DNA of 64,000 nt from Octopus vulgaris (taxonomy: Eukaryota): positions 57,536,001 through 57,600,000 of the forward strand of contig OX597824.1 of assembly GCA_951406725.2 (NCBI GenBank), read 5' to 3'. The notes beneath the pieces are model-generated. The model saw nothing but the letters and a program-made list of their open reading frames with translations, had not been told where the DNA came from and searched no databases. Of the stretch, positions 26,507 through 40,138 are shown one piece after another. Each line of letters opens with the position of its first letter. Within the stretch, counting starts at the first letter, position 1. The translations under genes were made by a program, and so were the position numbers.

Positions 26507-27506
26507 TACACACACGCACACACATTTGGGAAGGGGTACAAATGACAAGAACATGTATCAGAGACAGAACAAATGGAAGTTTAACCTTCATCACCTTTGT
26601 TGCTAAGGCCTGTTACCGTTTCGATGCTGAGACAGAACTGTTACCTTAGTGATGGATGTGTGCATTTGAGAACTGAAAAAGGGAAGAACAATAATAGAAT
26701 TTAAAAAATGTTTTAAACTTAAAATATATCCAATACCATTACGAAAGAAAAATGAAAAGAATTCTAAGGACGTAAACTTTATTTAGCCATCTCATTTATG
26801 AAATTGAGAGGGATGGGGTGATAATTTTCGCGAATATATGTTTGGACGTGATTCTTAATTGCCATGTTGAGAACAGCTCATTTATAGCACTGTATTTCCT
26901 GTCATTGTTATACAATCTATAACGTAATACTTGGTGCATACTCACTGTCCTTCTGCTATATAATCTGTGTATTTATGTCGGGTAATCTATAACACGATAC
27001 TCCCTGCCGAATTATATAATATACAATCGTATACACTTTGTATACTCTTTGTCACTATCTTATTGTCTCAAATATTTCTTCCGATTAAGGCGCCGAGGGA
27101 AGGGGCGGAGAGGGAGAGGGAAACGTAGTGGTGAGTGAAATGTCTAATTGTTTTTTTATTAAACTAAGTTTCCCTCCGTTACTCAGCCCCTCTGTAACAC
27201 TTTCATGTTGAAGGGAAAAGCAAAGACCGAAGGAAAAAAAGAGAAAAAAGAGAATAAGGCAAAGAGAGAGAGCGAACGAGGGTGAGTGGTGCGTATCAAG
27301 TCTATAAAGTTGTGCATAAAGCGTATAAAGTGTATATTCCAATTTACTTCAATTTTTAATGATTAGCAGATGAGCGATTACCTTTTGATACAAAGACAAT
27401 ACAAGCTACGCTTTAAGGGTTTTTTTTTTATAAAGTTTTCAGAAATAACCCAATAAGTGTACCATTAATTCCGTGAATTATTCAAAGGTCCCGCTATTTT
27501 TTTATC

Positions 27507-27616
<110 letters not shown>

Positions 27617-27629
27617 TATTATTATTATT

Positions 27630-27667
<38 letters not shown>

Positions 27668-27674
27668 TATTATT

Positions 27675-28040
27675 GAGTGAGAAAGCAGTACATGCCATCA
27701 AAGTGAAACTGGGGTTAAATATACGAAGCCGTCTAATAAGACTACACCAGGCACATGCATCACAACCATATGTGCGCAATATAGTGATCTCATATCATCA
27801 TAAACAGCGCATGACCTTGCAGTTAGAATTTTCTTCAGGACGAGTAGTCTATCCCGCTCAAAAGGTCCCTGAATAAGGGTTGTTTAAAAATGTTGAACAA
27901 AACACCCATGTTTCCAAAGGTGAATTATCCAAACTCCAAAGAATACTTCTCAACACATGGCTATGATACTCCCCCACTACTTCTGCTCGTGATCAGAGAT
28001 GCACATATCGTCAGCCACTAAAGGACACGCTCAACTGGTG
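27675..28040 (-). mobile_element. (TAA)n-associated non-coding repeat, likely LINE 3' UTR
   Basis: Homologous to 22695-22818; abuts TTA/TCA tract. Confidence 0.5.
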
Positions 28041-28126
28041 CCCCTCCTCCTCTTCTTCTTCTTCTTCTTCTTCTTCTTCTTCTTCTTCTTCTTCTTCTTC
28101 TTCTTCTTCTTCTTCTTCTTCTTCTT

Positions 28127-28251
<125 letters not shown>

Positions 28252-28253
28252 CT

Positions 28254-28467
28254 AAGGCTGCAAGCTGGCCGAATCGTTAGCACATCGGGCAAAATATTAA
28301 GCGGTATTTCGTCTGTCTTAATGTTCCGCATTCAAATTCCGCCGAGGTTAAGCTTACCTACCATCGTTTCGGGGTCGATAAAAGAATTATCAGCTGAACA
28401 CTGGGATCGAGTTAATCGACTCTTACCCTCCCCCAGAATTCGTGCCTTTGTGGGAAAATTTGAAACC
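28254..28467 (+). mobile_element. SINE family B
   Basis: Head, body and tail embedded in (TTA)n. Confidence 0.75.
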
Positions 28468-28482
28468 ATTATTATTATTATA

Positions 28483-28578
<96 letters not shown>

Positions 28579-28579
<1 letters not shown>

Positions 28580-30592
28580 TATGTTTGACTTTTGCTTTAT
28601 ATTTGTACAAGTTGGCTCCAAGTCTCACTCAGAGAACTCAAGAGACAACAGGTTGGAAGTTCGTGTTGTTGTTATGCCTAGTGTGCCATATATTTGGATT
28701 TGGATTTAATGTTGTACTAGTGGATGCTTTTAAAAAAACCATGCGAAAATTATGTTTGTTTTAAAACTTGAGATTACATAGAAATTATTTTGCGTAGGAT
28801 ATGAGCTGTTCCCATGAGCACTATCTTTTGAATTTCTGCCATTTTGGGATTTCCTGGTATCTGTGTTAGGTAGCAAACAGCCCCTTCTGCTATCATTCCC
28901 TGGGCCCTTATGACAACAGGTATTGTTTTAGTCTTCAGGTTCCACATTTTGCTGATTTCTATTTCAAGATCTTTATATTTGCTCAGTTTTTGGTAGGTCT
29001 TGACAGATACGGTTATATCGATTGGGACAGTCATATCAATGAGGAGGCATGTTCTTTGTTTGAAGTCTTTCAATATGATGTCTGGCCTATTTGCATCTAT
29101 CTTTCTGTCAGTTTGAATGGGGAAGTTCCAGAGGAGTGAGATGTGGTCATTTTCAAGCACTGGAGGTGGTTTGTGTTCCCACCAGTTTTTTCATGGGACA
29201 AATCCAGGTTTTTGCAGATTACCCAGTGAATATATTTTGCAGCTCTATCATGCCTGTTGAGATACTCTGAAGGCGCTAGAAGACTGCACTTGGAGACAAC
29301 ATGATCAATGGTTTCATTTTGTTGTTGACATACACGACATGTTGGGCTACTGACGTTCTTTAATATGTTGGCCTGGTAATTCCTTGTTGGTAGGCATTGA
29401 ATTTGAGCTGCTATGATAAACCCTTCTGTTTCAGATTTTAAGCCAGAGGCCATTAGCCATTGATGGGTCAGGGCTTTGTCAACATCTGCATTAGAGAGGT
29501 TTTTCTTGCCATTTATCATTCAGAATATCTAAGGCAGCAGTTTTAGCATGGGTTTTCATGCGTTTAGCTTTTTCTGTGCTTGTTTCTTGTATGTCTAATT
29601 CCGAAATTTATTGTATTCGGAATTTACTTAGATATTCCTTTGCCTGTTTTGTTACTGAGTATGATGCTTTCTTGTTTTCATGTTTTGAGACAAGTTTTAA
29701 CATCCAGTCCTCAGAGTTTTTCAGGTAGGTGTCTAGGCCAATTGTAGCAATCTTCATTGTTATTGCCAGTTGTAAAAGTCCACGAGCTCCCTCTTTTCTT
29801 GTCAGATAAAGTCGTTCTATATCTGCCTTAGGGTGGTGCATTGTATGCATTGTCAACAGTTTTCTTATTTTTCTGTCAAGATTACATATTTCAGTAATTG
29901 ACCAGTTAACGATATTGAAACTGTAATTCACGACTGGTGTGGCTAAAGCATTGATCACTTCGATCCTGTTTCTCGCATTCAGTTCTGTCTTGAGTATTGC
30001 TCTTACTCTGCGATAACATTCTCTCCTGATCCTTTCCTTCATCACTGAATGCCTTATTCCGTCCCCTTCAATTACCCCTAGGTACTTGTAGCTCTCCGCT
30101 TGGTCTAATTCTTTTATGACATTCTGCTGGTCAAGGTTAACGTTAGATGTTTCTGTCATTTTTCCTTTGATAAAGGTAGCTTTTGCACATTTATCGAGGC
30201 CAAATTGCTTTCTGATGTCATCACTGAATTGTTTAACAATCGCTAGTAAGCCCTTGAGTTGTTGGTCAATTTTTGCAAAGAGCTTTAAATAATCCATGTA
30301 AATGAGATGATTTATATTTTTATCAAACATTTTATATCCGTACTGCGCGTTATTGAGCAATTTTGAGAGAGGTATTAAGGCTAAACAAAGGAGAAGTGGT
30401 GATAGTGAGTCACCCTGGAAAATTCCACATGAAATTTTTACATCACCAGCATTTAGAGATTCATTATCACTGTTCAAAGTTAGTGTGGTTCTCCATGGTC
30501 TCATACTTACAGACAAAAAGTTTCGCAGAGTAGGTGCTATTTTATACATTTCCAGGCATTTCTTAATCCAGCTATGTGGTAGGCTATCAAAA
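28579..30592 (-). mobile_element. 5'-truncated Dong/R4-clade LINE (RT, CCHC finger, restriction-like endonuclease), disrupted
   Basis: FDSLPHSWI, GIFQGDSLSP, HLIYMDY (YMDD mutated), YKYLG; CRVCQQQNETIDHVVSKC; RPDIILKD..LIDMTVP..KLSKYKDL; flanked both sides by (TTA)n. Confidence 0.93.
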
Positions 30593-30672
<80 letters not shown>

Positions 30673-30673
<1 letters not shown>

Positions 30674-30972
30674 GAGGGTGCATGGCTTAGTTGTTTAGGA
30701 TGATGCACTCACATTGTAGCGATCGTGATCTCAATTCCTGGACTGGGTGGTGCGTTATATTCTCGAGTGAAAAACTTCATCTCTTGTTTGCTCTGCGATC
30801 TCTTCGACACCTGACGCGTGGTACTCAGTGCACCCATTCAGACAACGTCGTTTTGATGGACAGAGTGCGGTAATGTGCGTAACGAAGATTTGATCTCTAT
30901 AAACAATTCATTTGTGCAGGTCGTTCAGCAAATGCTGAACGCTCATAAGTCGTCTTTGACGGGAGGGTCCAT
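30673..30972 (+). mobile_element. third tRNA-derived SINE
   Basis: gagggtgcatggcttagttg (A box)..tctcaattcctgg (B-box-like), ~300 bp, TTA tail. Confidence 0.55.
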
Positions 30973-32197
30973 CATTATTATTTTCATTATTATTATTATT
31001 GATGTCAAGAATTTTATTTTATTGAGTCTTTGAACAAGAGAGTTAATGATATTACTAAGAATCTAAAAATACTTCCGACTCAATTCAAAGGCCGAGAGGA
31101 ATGCATTGAAAATGAGGTTCCGTTCATGTCGCTGTAGATAGGTACCACCGGGTAACAAGTGCGTCACCGTTACTAGTAGTGGTGCGAGTGTAATCACTGT
31201 AATTATGGTGTATATTTGTCAATGTTCACTGTATTCTGTGGGGGTAAAAATCTAAGAGACCTGAGGTGTCTTATCCTGGAGATAGTGATTTAGCCATTTA
31301 TCACTTAATTGCCTTCACCCTACAAAAAATAGAACCAAATAGCATCACCGTGTTTAATATTTTTTGAATCATTTACAATTTTTAAGATTCAGTTTCAAAC
31401 GAGAGGCAAAACTTACATAAGGATGCAGCAAGTATATCTAAAATCCAGCAAAAAATAAAAGGAAGTATAACCCTTTCTTAATTAATACTTTCATTTTGCA
31501 TTGTAACTGACTTTTCCTTCAATGGAATGAAGAAATCCTGATAAAATATAAAGAGTTCTTCTTGGTTGATTTATTTAAAGCTCCTGTCTCGGTTATATGT
31601 TAAGAACCTTCTTCTTCTTCTTCTTCTTCTTCTTCTTCTTCTTCTTCTTCTTCTTCTTCTTCTTCTTCTTCTTCTTCTTCTTCTTCTTCTTCTTCTTCTT
31701 CTTCTTCTTTAATTAGTATCATTCCTATTCTAATAGCGTATTCACTGACACTTCGATATTCTCCTGCGTCACATTGCAAATTTCCGGTCTTCTAGGGAGA
31801 GAATCCTATAATAAGATGTGGGGCTATATTACAGTTTCGCTTACCCTCTCTTTGTACACAAAAATACAACACTCTCATATATATGTTTGTATCTCTTTGT
31901 GTATTAGTGTACGTATATGTGTATTAGTTAATGTATGTATGTAAACAGATACATACACATACGTATATGAAAGCATGGAAGCACTTTAGTATATGTGTGT
32001 GTATGTATGTTTGTGTGTTCTTAAAATCATAAAATTCTTGTGAATATAATTGCATTAACCATTAGCGTATTAGCAGAAATATAGATTCATGACTACATAC
32101 ACACATACTGAGTTACACACATATACACACACAACTGAGACATATAATATATATACATATACACTGATAGCGACACTCTCTAATGCACGTAGCAATA

Positions 32198-32239
<42 letters not shown>

Positions 32240-32306
32240 GTGTGTATATATAAATATATATGTGTGTATGTGTGTGTATACACATACACGCACACATACA
32301 TACACA

Positions 32307-32362
<56 letters not shown>

Positions 32363-33635
32363 CGAGGGACGTTCAATAAGTAATGTCCCTGACCCACTTG
32401 CATTTGTTTGACCTGGCTGAAATTTTGCATGTGCAATTATTTATATCTTTATAGAATAAGTAGCAAATTACAGCTCTGAACTAATTGTGGTTTCTGATTT
32501 ACAGGTGTTTGAACTGAGTCAGGTGTGAAATGGAGCCTGTTGAGTGTCGAGTAGTGATCCGGTTTTTGTATTTGAAACGACGCACACCACGGAAGACTTT
32601 TGATGAAATGAAAGTAACTTATGGTGATGATGTCCCATCATATGACCTTGTAAAACGCTGGCATCGTGAATTCAAACATGGTCGGAACTCTGTGGAAACA
32701 GCTCCCAGATCTGATCGCCCTCCTTCTACCATTGATGAGGCATCTGTCCGTCAAGTTGAGGCTGCCATTTTGGAAGATCGACGCATAACTATTCGCCAAA
32801 TAGCCCATAAGGTCAGTGGAAACTATCATTCATGACCATTTGCATATGCAAAAGGTGTCTGCCAGATGGATTCCCAGGTTGCTCACACCTTTCCAGAAGC
32901 AAGAACGCGTCGAGTGCTCGAGGATGAATTTGGAGATGTGCCAAGATGAGTCAAAATTTTTCGAAAGACTGATTAGACAGGATGAAACCTGGGTCCATCA
33001 CTATGATCCAGAGACCAAAGCCCAGTCAATGCAGTGGAAGTACCGTGACTCACCTCCTCCAAAGAAGGCAAGGGTGCAGCCCTCCGCTGGCAAGGTCATG
33101 CTCACAGTCTTCTGGGACCAGGACGGAGTAGTGATGACAGATTTCCTGGCAAAGGGTACCACAATTACAGGAGCCTATTATGCTTCACTTTTGAGGAAAT
33201 TAAGAGAAGCTATCAAAATCAAGAGACGGGGCAAGATCAGCAAAGGCATCCCCCTCTTGCAGGACAACGCTCCGGTCCACAACTCGCGTGTCGCCAGATC
33301 AGAAGCACAGGCGTGCGGCTATGAACTCCTCCCTCATTCCCCCTACTCTCCTGACCTTGCACCCTCTGATTTTCACCTCTTCCCAGCCATGAATTTGTTT
33401 TTGAAAGGAAAGCGTTTCCCAGATGATGCAGCCTTGATTTCTGAAGTCACGTCGTGGTTGGAGGTCCAAACTGGGGTCTTCTACACAAACGGTCTCCAGA
33501 GCTGCATCAAATGATGGGAGAAATGCGTAACTCTGGGTGGTTCCTATATAGAAAAAGACTAATAACTGTGCCAAGTTTCGTTGCTCTACTGCTATGGGAG
33601 ATGGGTCAGGGGCATTACTTATTGAACGCCCCTCG
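32363..33635 (+). mobile_element. full-length mariner, transposase pseudogene
   Basis: ~34-bp TIRs cgagggacgttcaataagtaatg, TA flanks; ORFs 32530..32835 and 32816..33514 with WIPRLL, DETW, QDNA, YSPDLAPSD; one frameshift and a late stop. Confidence 0.95.
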
Positions 33636-33931
33636 TATATATGAGCAAATATTCGAAATAAGATATTACCATTGTTAATATCTCTGGTAAATATTTTTAA
33701 ATGATAATAGTAACAACAGCAACATAGGTTGCACTCACATTGCTAATATGAACTATTAAAGATATTCGCCACAAATAATATTAATAATAGTAATATTTTA
33801 TTTCGAATGTTAGCATTCGAATATCTGCTCCTAAATATATTTGCACCTAGTAAACTGGTTTTGGCGCAATAAAAGACCCCAGAGGCTAATGGACTAATAA
33901 CGTGACGAATTTAGAATGTTTTCTTCAGTAA

Positions 33932-33989
33932 CTCATACTGAAGTAGGTTGAGGCCCATTGGGTTAGCACCGAAAACCAGGGTATATGAG
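33932..33989 (+). ncRNA. type I hammerhead motif (A9 mutated)
   Basis: CTCATA CTGAAGT a GGT..ACC GAAA accaggGTA TATGAG; perfect 6-bp stem I. Confidence 0.6.
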
Positions 33990-34116
33990 CATCTGAACGG
34001 CAAAATCTTCAATGGTATGCTTGATTCGGTATCCTTTTCCTCGCTTACTGTTTTTTTCTGTTATTTTGGGGCTTTTCGGCGGTTGAATTGGGACTGCGTT
34101 TTTAATTTGAGAAAAC

Positions 34117-34429
<313 letters not shown>

Positions 34430-34459
34430 TATAATGTTGATTCGTTAGTTACTGCACGC

Positions 34460-34640
34460 ATTTTTTTCTCTCCTTCTTTCTGTGTTTTTTTCTCTCTGTG
34501 TATCTTTCTGTTGAAGAGCGTAGGCTCGAAACGTTAAAGACTTGTTTTATTTATATTTCCTGAGCGCCATACTAATACAATTGTTTGTTTGTTTTCCACC
34601 TGCCTTCATCTTTTGTCTATTTTCATAAAGCTTCCCGTTA
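34460..34640 (+). mobile_element. solo PLE pLTR with A6U hammerhead motif (34503-34540)
   Basis: TCTTT CTGTTGA a GAGC gtag GCTC GAA ACGT T AAAGA; same family as 10100-10290. Confidence 0.75.
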
Positions 34641-35528
34641 TATATATATATATATATACACACACACATATACGTATGTAGGCAATGAATTCAGGAGATT
34701 GAGGGGAAGAAGTCCCTCCCGGAAGAAGTGGAATAAAATTTTATGCATATATGTATAATGAATAGGTACTCCTATGAAAAGAAGTAAAAAAGACAAGTGA
34801 AAATGTCCTGGGAATAAAGATAGATCGAAAGTGACAAGATCTAAGACAATGGGAGAAAAAGAGAAACAGAAAAGCGTTTATGAGGCTCAAAAATTTTTCT
34901 ACTTGAGGATCTTAGCCAGATTGACCATTTACAATTATCAGGCTTAAAAAGGACGGATGGGGGAGGCGGAGAGATAGTCTGAGGAGACGTACTGCATATA
35001 ATAGCGCCGTGTGTCTGTGACTGTGTGTGTTGATAGATATATATTTTGTTGGCAGATATATATTTACATACATATAGATACATGCAGACGAACACGCGCG
35101 CACACGCACACACATACACATACATATATGTATATACACACACGTAAATATATATACACACAGAAAAGGCAGATACGCAGGTTTACAAACTTACACATAA
35201 GCAGGGATATACACACGCTAGTATACTGATATACATTCACGTATATATCCATATATATAAATATATACATATATACACACAGATGCAGGTACTATAAAAA
35301 AAACCTATATATATACACAGTTACAAGCACAAAGAAACAAACATGATAATGTATTGAAATACACGTATATAGACAAATGCATAGGGATAGATATTTGTTA
35401 ATATACACATACTTACTGATATATTTGTACATATATACCCGGATATATTCATTTTCAGACATATATACAATATCCATATAGGTACACATACAAATATAGA
35501 TATAAATAAATTTATATATATATATATA

Positions 35529-36339
35529 ATAATTAATAAATATAAGGGTAGCAAAAAATTCTAGAAAAAATTCTCCACTACCAGCGGTCCAGTGAGAAAG
35601 AAAAGACTATATAATATACATTCAAAAATATAAGGAATGGACATAATAGGACATTCGACTCACTAGAAAGAGCAACCAAACTCAAACCGCTAATAGTTGT
35701 AATTCTGAAATTGAAAGAGAAATAAAAACGTTTACCCTTTCATCTCTGGACTATGCATAGTTTACAACTGGCGTGCCTCGTCAGCAGAGAAGCCAAGGAC
35801 GAACATATATCCACGAGGCGATGGTAAGGAAGCCTCAAGTCTATATGCTATAAATTTTCAAAATCTACCGCAATCGCGCGGTCTTCTCAGTAGCAAATAT
35901 AAACTGCTGAATTAATTTCAAAATTAGCCAAAAAATCATTAATTGATAAATATAAGGGTAGCAAAAAATTCTTATATTTATTAATTAATGATTTCTTGGC
36001 TAATTTTGAAATTAATTCAGCAGTTTATATTTGCTGCTGAGAAGACCGCGCGATTGCGGTAGATTTTGAAAATTTATAGCATATAGACTTGAGGCTTCCT
36101 TACCATCGCCTCGTGGATATATGTTCGTCCTTGGCTTCTCTGCTGACGAGGCACGCCAGTTGTAAATAAATTTAATTTAATTTAATTAATTTGTTTACTA
36201 AAGTTTGCCGAAACTATGCATAGTCCAGAGATGAAAGGGTAAACGTTCTTATTTCTCTTTCAATTTCAGAACTACAACTATTAGCGGTTTGAGTTTGGCT
36301 GCTCTTTCTAGTGAGTCGAATGTCCTATTATGGCCATTC
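35529..36339. mobile_element. retrozyme-like / non-autonomous PLE fold-back element
   Basis: Inverted arms 35635-35956 / 35971-36339; 33-bp direct repeat at 35529 and 35940; HHR; (TA)n flanks. Confidence 0.85.
36137..36231 (+). ncRNA. canonical type I hammerhead ribozyme
   Basis: TCTCTG CTGACGA GGCA..TGCC GAA ACTATGCATAGT C CAGAGA; GUC site, predicted cut after 36225. Confidence 0.92.
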
Positions 36340-36340
36340 A

Positions 36341-36404
<64 letters not shown>

Positions 36405-36407
<3 letters not shown>

Positions 36408-36992
36408 TAAGAAAGTTTGTTTGGTAAAGCACGTGGGTGAATATATAAGAAAATAGTAAAGTGTGAAAAAACGACAGAAGGCTTAAATGTTAAAAAATAT
36501 ATATATTTGTGTCAAAATGTCTGGAGAATATTGGAAAAATTTTTTTCCTTTCCTTAAAATGACATAATTTTAATATTTTTAAAGAAATTACCGGTTTCGC
36601 GTGTAGCTTTTCAAATTTCTTGTGACGTTATGTTTATATTGCATGGAGTTATCGTTGTATTTATTTTCAGGAGATTTCTAAATAAGGGGAGGTAGTGAGT
36701 GATTTCTTCCGGTGTAAGGGAGATAATCGCATAAAATTTTTTTTCCTTTTCCCTTGTTCATTTCTCTGTGTCAGTATGTTCGGATGGTTTTTCACTTTCC
36801 CTTGTTAATTTCTCTGTGTCAGTATGTTCGGATGGTTGAGTCTGGGTTTGTACTTTTCAATGAAGAATGTTTCCTTGTTCAGTCTCATTTGTGTTGATGA
36901 TCCGAAAGCACATTGGTAAAATGGGAAGATTAAAAATTGTGGCAGTAGTTGCTTTGCGCATTTCTCAATGTGCTCACTAAAAGGTATCATTC
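36405..36992 (-). mobile_element. Penelope-like 3' fragment (GIY-YIG C-terminus and pLTR)
   Basis: IPFSEHIEKCA..FLIFPFYQ..RLNKETFFIEKYKPRLN, homologous to the C-terminus of ORF 38410..39381. Confidence 0.85.
36582..36621 (-). ncRNA. minimal hammerhead with U3-A8 core
   Basis: AAGAAAT TTGAAAA GC tacac GC GAA ACCGGT A ATTTCTT; perfect 7-bp stem I. Confidence 0.75.
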
Positions 36993-37009
36993 TATATTCT
37001 GGGAATGCA

Positions 37010-37040
<31 letters not shown>

Positions 37041-37270
37041 TGTATGTATGTATGTATGTATGTATATATGTATATATATAACTTGAATGTTCTTCTTTTC
37101 GGATTATGGCTGCTGTTGCTTAGTGAGTGGGATTGACTCAGTGCACAGCCTTTCCTCACTTTAAAAAAATATTTTGCACAGGCATTGCACGATAGCAACA
37201 TTAATTAAGCTTCGTGCAATGCCCATACTCGATAACGAGAGGGCAGCCACCATGTATATATATATACATA

Positions 37271-37502
37271 CAGGGCTGGCCAAAAGGCACGTGACAGTTG
37301 ATCAAATTTCCATAAATACTATCTGTAATTCCGTATTGACTCGAATAGAAAGATTTGAATAGAAAGAAGGACTCAGTTTGAACAATTTTCATGATGTTTC
37401 ATATTTAGATGCTTTTATTAAATTCACTCAGTTGTTAAATATGAATAGATCTTGGAATTAAATGGTTTTGATTTACTGTCAGGTGACTTTTGGCCAACTC
37501 TT
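37271..37502. mobile_element. Tc1/mariner-type MITE
   Basis: TA|cagggctggccaaaaggcacgtgacagt ... actgtcaggtgacttttggccaactctt|TA. Confidence 0.75.
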
Positions 37503-37534
37503 TATATATATTGTTAGGTCCAGGGAGAGTCATT

Positions 37535-38128
37535 ATGCCTATGGAATTAACACCCACACTAGTTCAATTCCACTCATTTATTAAATATCTGATTGTTTTG
37601 TTTTTGTTTGTAAAATCTTTTTCATTGCTTTTTGCAACCTTCTCAGTGACTATCCTAAAGATGATGCAACAGTTCAAACTGATGATGCAATACTTACAAT
37701 GTAACAGTTTCAAGCAGATAGGGAGAAGATAACAAGAAAGGTGCTTCTTTTGCCCTTCTTGACCATTTCATCAACCAAGAGGAGGTAGAAGCTTCATTGA
37801 ACGAGTTCTTCGCCTCGATAAACCAGAACTCGTATCAGCATGGGAACAAACAACTGACAGAAAGGTGACTTTAGATGATGCAACATGATGGCCCCTTCTT
37901 TGAATGTTAGGCTGCAAAAAGAAAAAGTTAGTCACTGTGAAGGTTGCAAAAACCAACGAAAGTGTTTTGACACAAAACAAAACAATGGGATGTTTAGTAA
38001 ATAAGCGGAATTGAACCAGTGTGTGTGTGTGTTAATTATATTGGCAGAATGACTCTCACAAGACACTACAGGATTTGTTTTAACACACGAATTCACATAA
38101 AGAATCTTGCAAATCATATTAAAAAACG

Positions 38129-38132
<4 letters not shown>
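37535..38132. mobile_element. old PLE-type fold-back element with decayed HHR motifs
   Basis: Diverged inverted arms ~37577-37651 / 37929-38001; GTCA CTGTGAAG GTTG..CAAC GAAAGTGTTT TGAC; tail resembles 19150-19222. Confidence 0.5.
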
Positions 38133-38182
<50 letters not shown>

Positions 38183-38259
38183 AAGGGTGAAAAGGAACAC
38201 ACGAGTTGATATATATGAAAAAACAAGTCAAAAATAGAAAATGCTAAAATAATTTTATA

Positions 38260-39381
38260 GAAAGATATGGCAGCCCTTTCTCCATCTACATAGAAAACAA
38301 CTGGAAGAGATATCTAGATGACTGTTTCATTCTTTGGCATAAAAATATAGAAAAACTCATAGAATTCCAGGAAATTTTAAACGGACTGGACGTAAACATC
38401 CAATTCACGATGGAATATAGCCAGCAACAACTCCCCTTCCTCGATATCCTCATTAAGAAAGCTAATAATATAATAGAAACAGACATATATTATAAGCCTA
38501 CAGACTCTAAGCAATATCTTCCATTCAATTCATGCCACCCCAGACACACCAGGATGAATATCCCCTTCAATCTAGCAAAAAGGATATGCACTATAGTCTC
38601 TAACGCAAACACCAGAGACACACGACTACAAGAACTAAAAGATACCCTTATCACCAGGAACTATCCACCTTCACTTATTGACAAGTGCATTCAACGTGCC
38701 CTTCAACTTAACATCAAGGAACTGAGACACCCCAAATCAAAGAAAAACTTACAACCAAAAGCCTTACCATACATCTCCACACACAACCCTCTCAATAACG
38801 AAGCCTTCGGCACCATCCTCCACAACATACCCCTCCTAAAAAAAGACCACAGAATGAACACAATCCTCCAAACACACACGATCATAAAAAGCAAGAGACA
38901 GCCTAAATCCATGAAAAGTCTCCTAACACAAGCCCGAATTCACTCTTCAACACAGAAGCCGACAGTAAAAAAATGTGGAAGACCCAATTGCGGGATATGC
39001 GACTATCTAATTGAGGGATCAGAGCTCTCCTTCAAACAGGGACAACGGTTTACAGTGAAAAGCAACTTCACATGTGCTTCGGAGAACCTAATATACTCAC
39101 TAACCTGCTCCGGGTGTCAAGAGCAGTACATAGGCCAAACAAAAAATAGTTTGCGTAAACGAATGGCCCTGCACAGATCCCAGATAAAAATTCCCCAAAA
39201 CAGAAAAATAGCTTTTAGCCAACACATAGATACTTGCGCCAACAAAAAAACACCAAGCTTCAGGATTTTCCCCCTCTACCAATTTAGGGACGATACAACC
39301 TCGAGACAACGAATAAGTAAAGAAACTCTCTTTATTACAAAATACAGGCCACTTCTTAACGGGTCTACGACAAACAATTAA
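38260..39381 (+). CDS. PLE RT C-terminus, Zn linker and GIY-YIG endonuclease (5' truncated, uninterrupted)
   Basis: WKRYLDDCF, LPFLDI, YYKPT, SCHP, CGRPNCGIC, LIYSLTCSGCQEQYIGQT, PLLN. Confidence 0.9.
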   Translation, partial: ERYGSPFSIYIENNWKRYLDDCFILWHKNIEKLIEFQEILNGLDVNIQFTMEYSQQQLPFLDILIKKANNIIETDIYYKPTDSKQYLPFNSCHPRHTRMNIPFNLAKRICTIVSNANTRDTRLQELKDTLITRNYPPSLIDKCIQRALQLNIKELRHPKSKKNLQPKALPYISTHNPLNNEAFGTILHNIPLLKKDHRMNTILQTHTIIKSKRQPKSMKSLLTQARIHSSTQKPTVKKCGRPNCGICDYLIEGSELSFKQGQRFTVKSNFTCASENLIYSLTCSGCQEQYIGQTKNSLRKRMALHRSQIKIPQNRKIAFSQHIDTCANKKTPSFRIFPLYQFRDDTTSRQRISKETLFITKYRPLLNGSTTNN

Positions 39382-40100
39382 TATACCTCAACTTTAGAAT
39401 AAAAGAAATATACACACACAAATATTACATTCCAAAGAATCCATTACTAATCAGCCCCCAATCACAGCTATACTCCATAACATGCCAACTTCAAGTCATA
39501 CAACACCTCACTACTTTCACCCATTCATATTCTCCCTTCTCTGTTTTTTCTTCTTCTTCCTCTTCTTCTTCATCATCATCATTATCATCATCATCGTCGT
39601 CATCATCATCACCACCATTATCATCATCATCATCTTCTCCTTCTCCTTCTTCTTCTTCTTCTTCTTCTTCTTCTTCTTCTTCTTCTTCTTCTTCATCATC
39701 ATCATCAACATCGTCATCTTCTTCTTCTTCTTCTTCTTCTACTTCTCCACCTTCTACCCCTTAACTTTGTCACTAATGTTTTTTAGTATAACACCTACGC
39801 AAATTCCATAAACAAGCCTTTCAATAGAAATATTCTCCTGAATTGAACTGCGACTGCTAGCCGCCACTGACCATTCAAAATACGACCATCAGGGCACTCC
39901 CAGATTTTCCCACCCCCTTTCCTCATCAGCCTTCTTCTTCTTCTACCCTACCAAGAACTCACAACGACCTCCAACACACAAGTGCAAACAAGGGAGTCAG
40001 AGAAAGGCAGAATGCCACTTATATCTGAACACTACTATAGAAATATTCCTTTAAAAAAACTTTTCTTCTAATTTTTCTAAATTTAATTATTTAATCGTTA

Positions 40101-40138
40101 CAGTTGAAAAGGTCTCAAAATGACCGAAACCGGTACTG
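40101..40138 (+). ncRNA. minimal hammerhead with U3-A8 core in pLTR
   Basis: CAG TTGAAAA GGTC tcaaaat GACC GAA ACCGGT A CTG. Confidence 0.75.
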
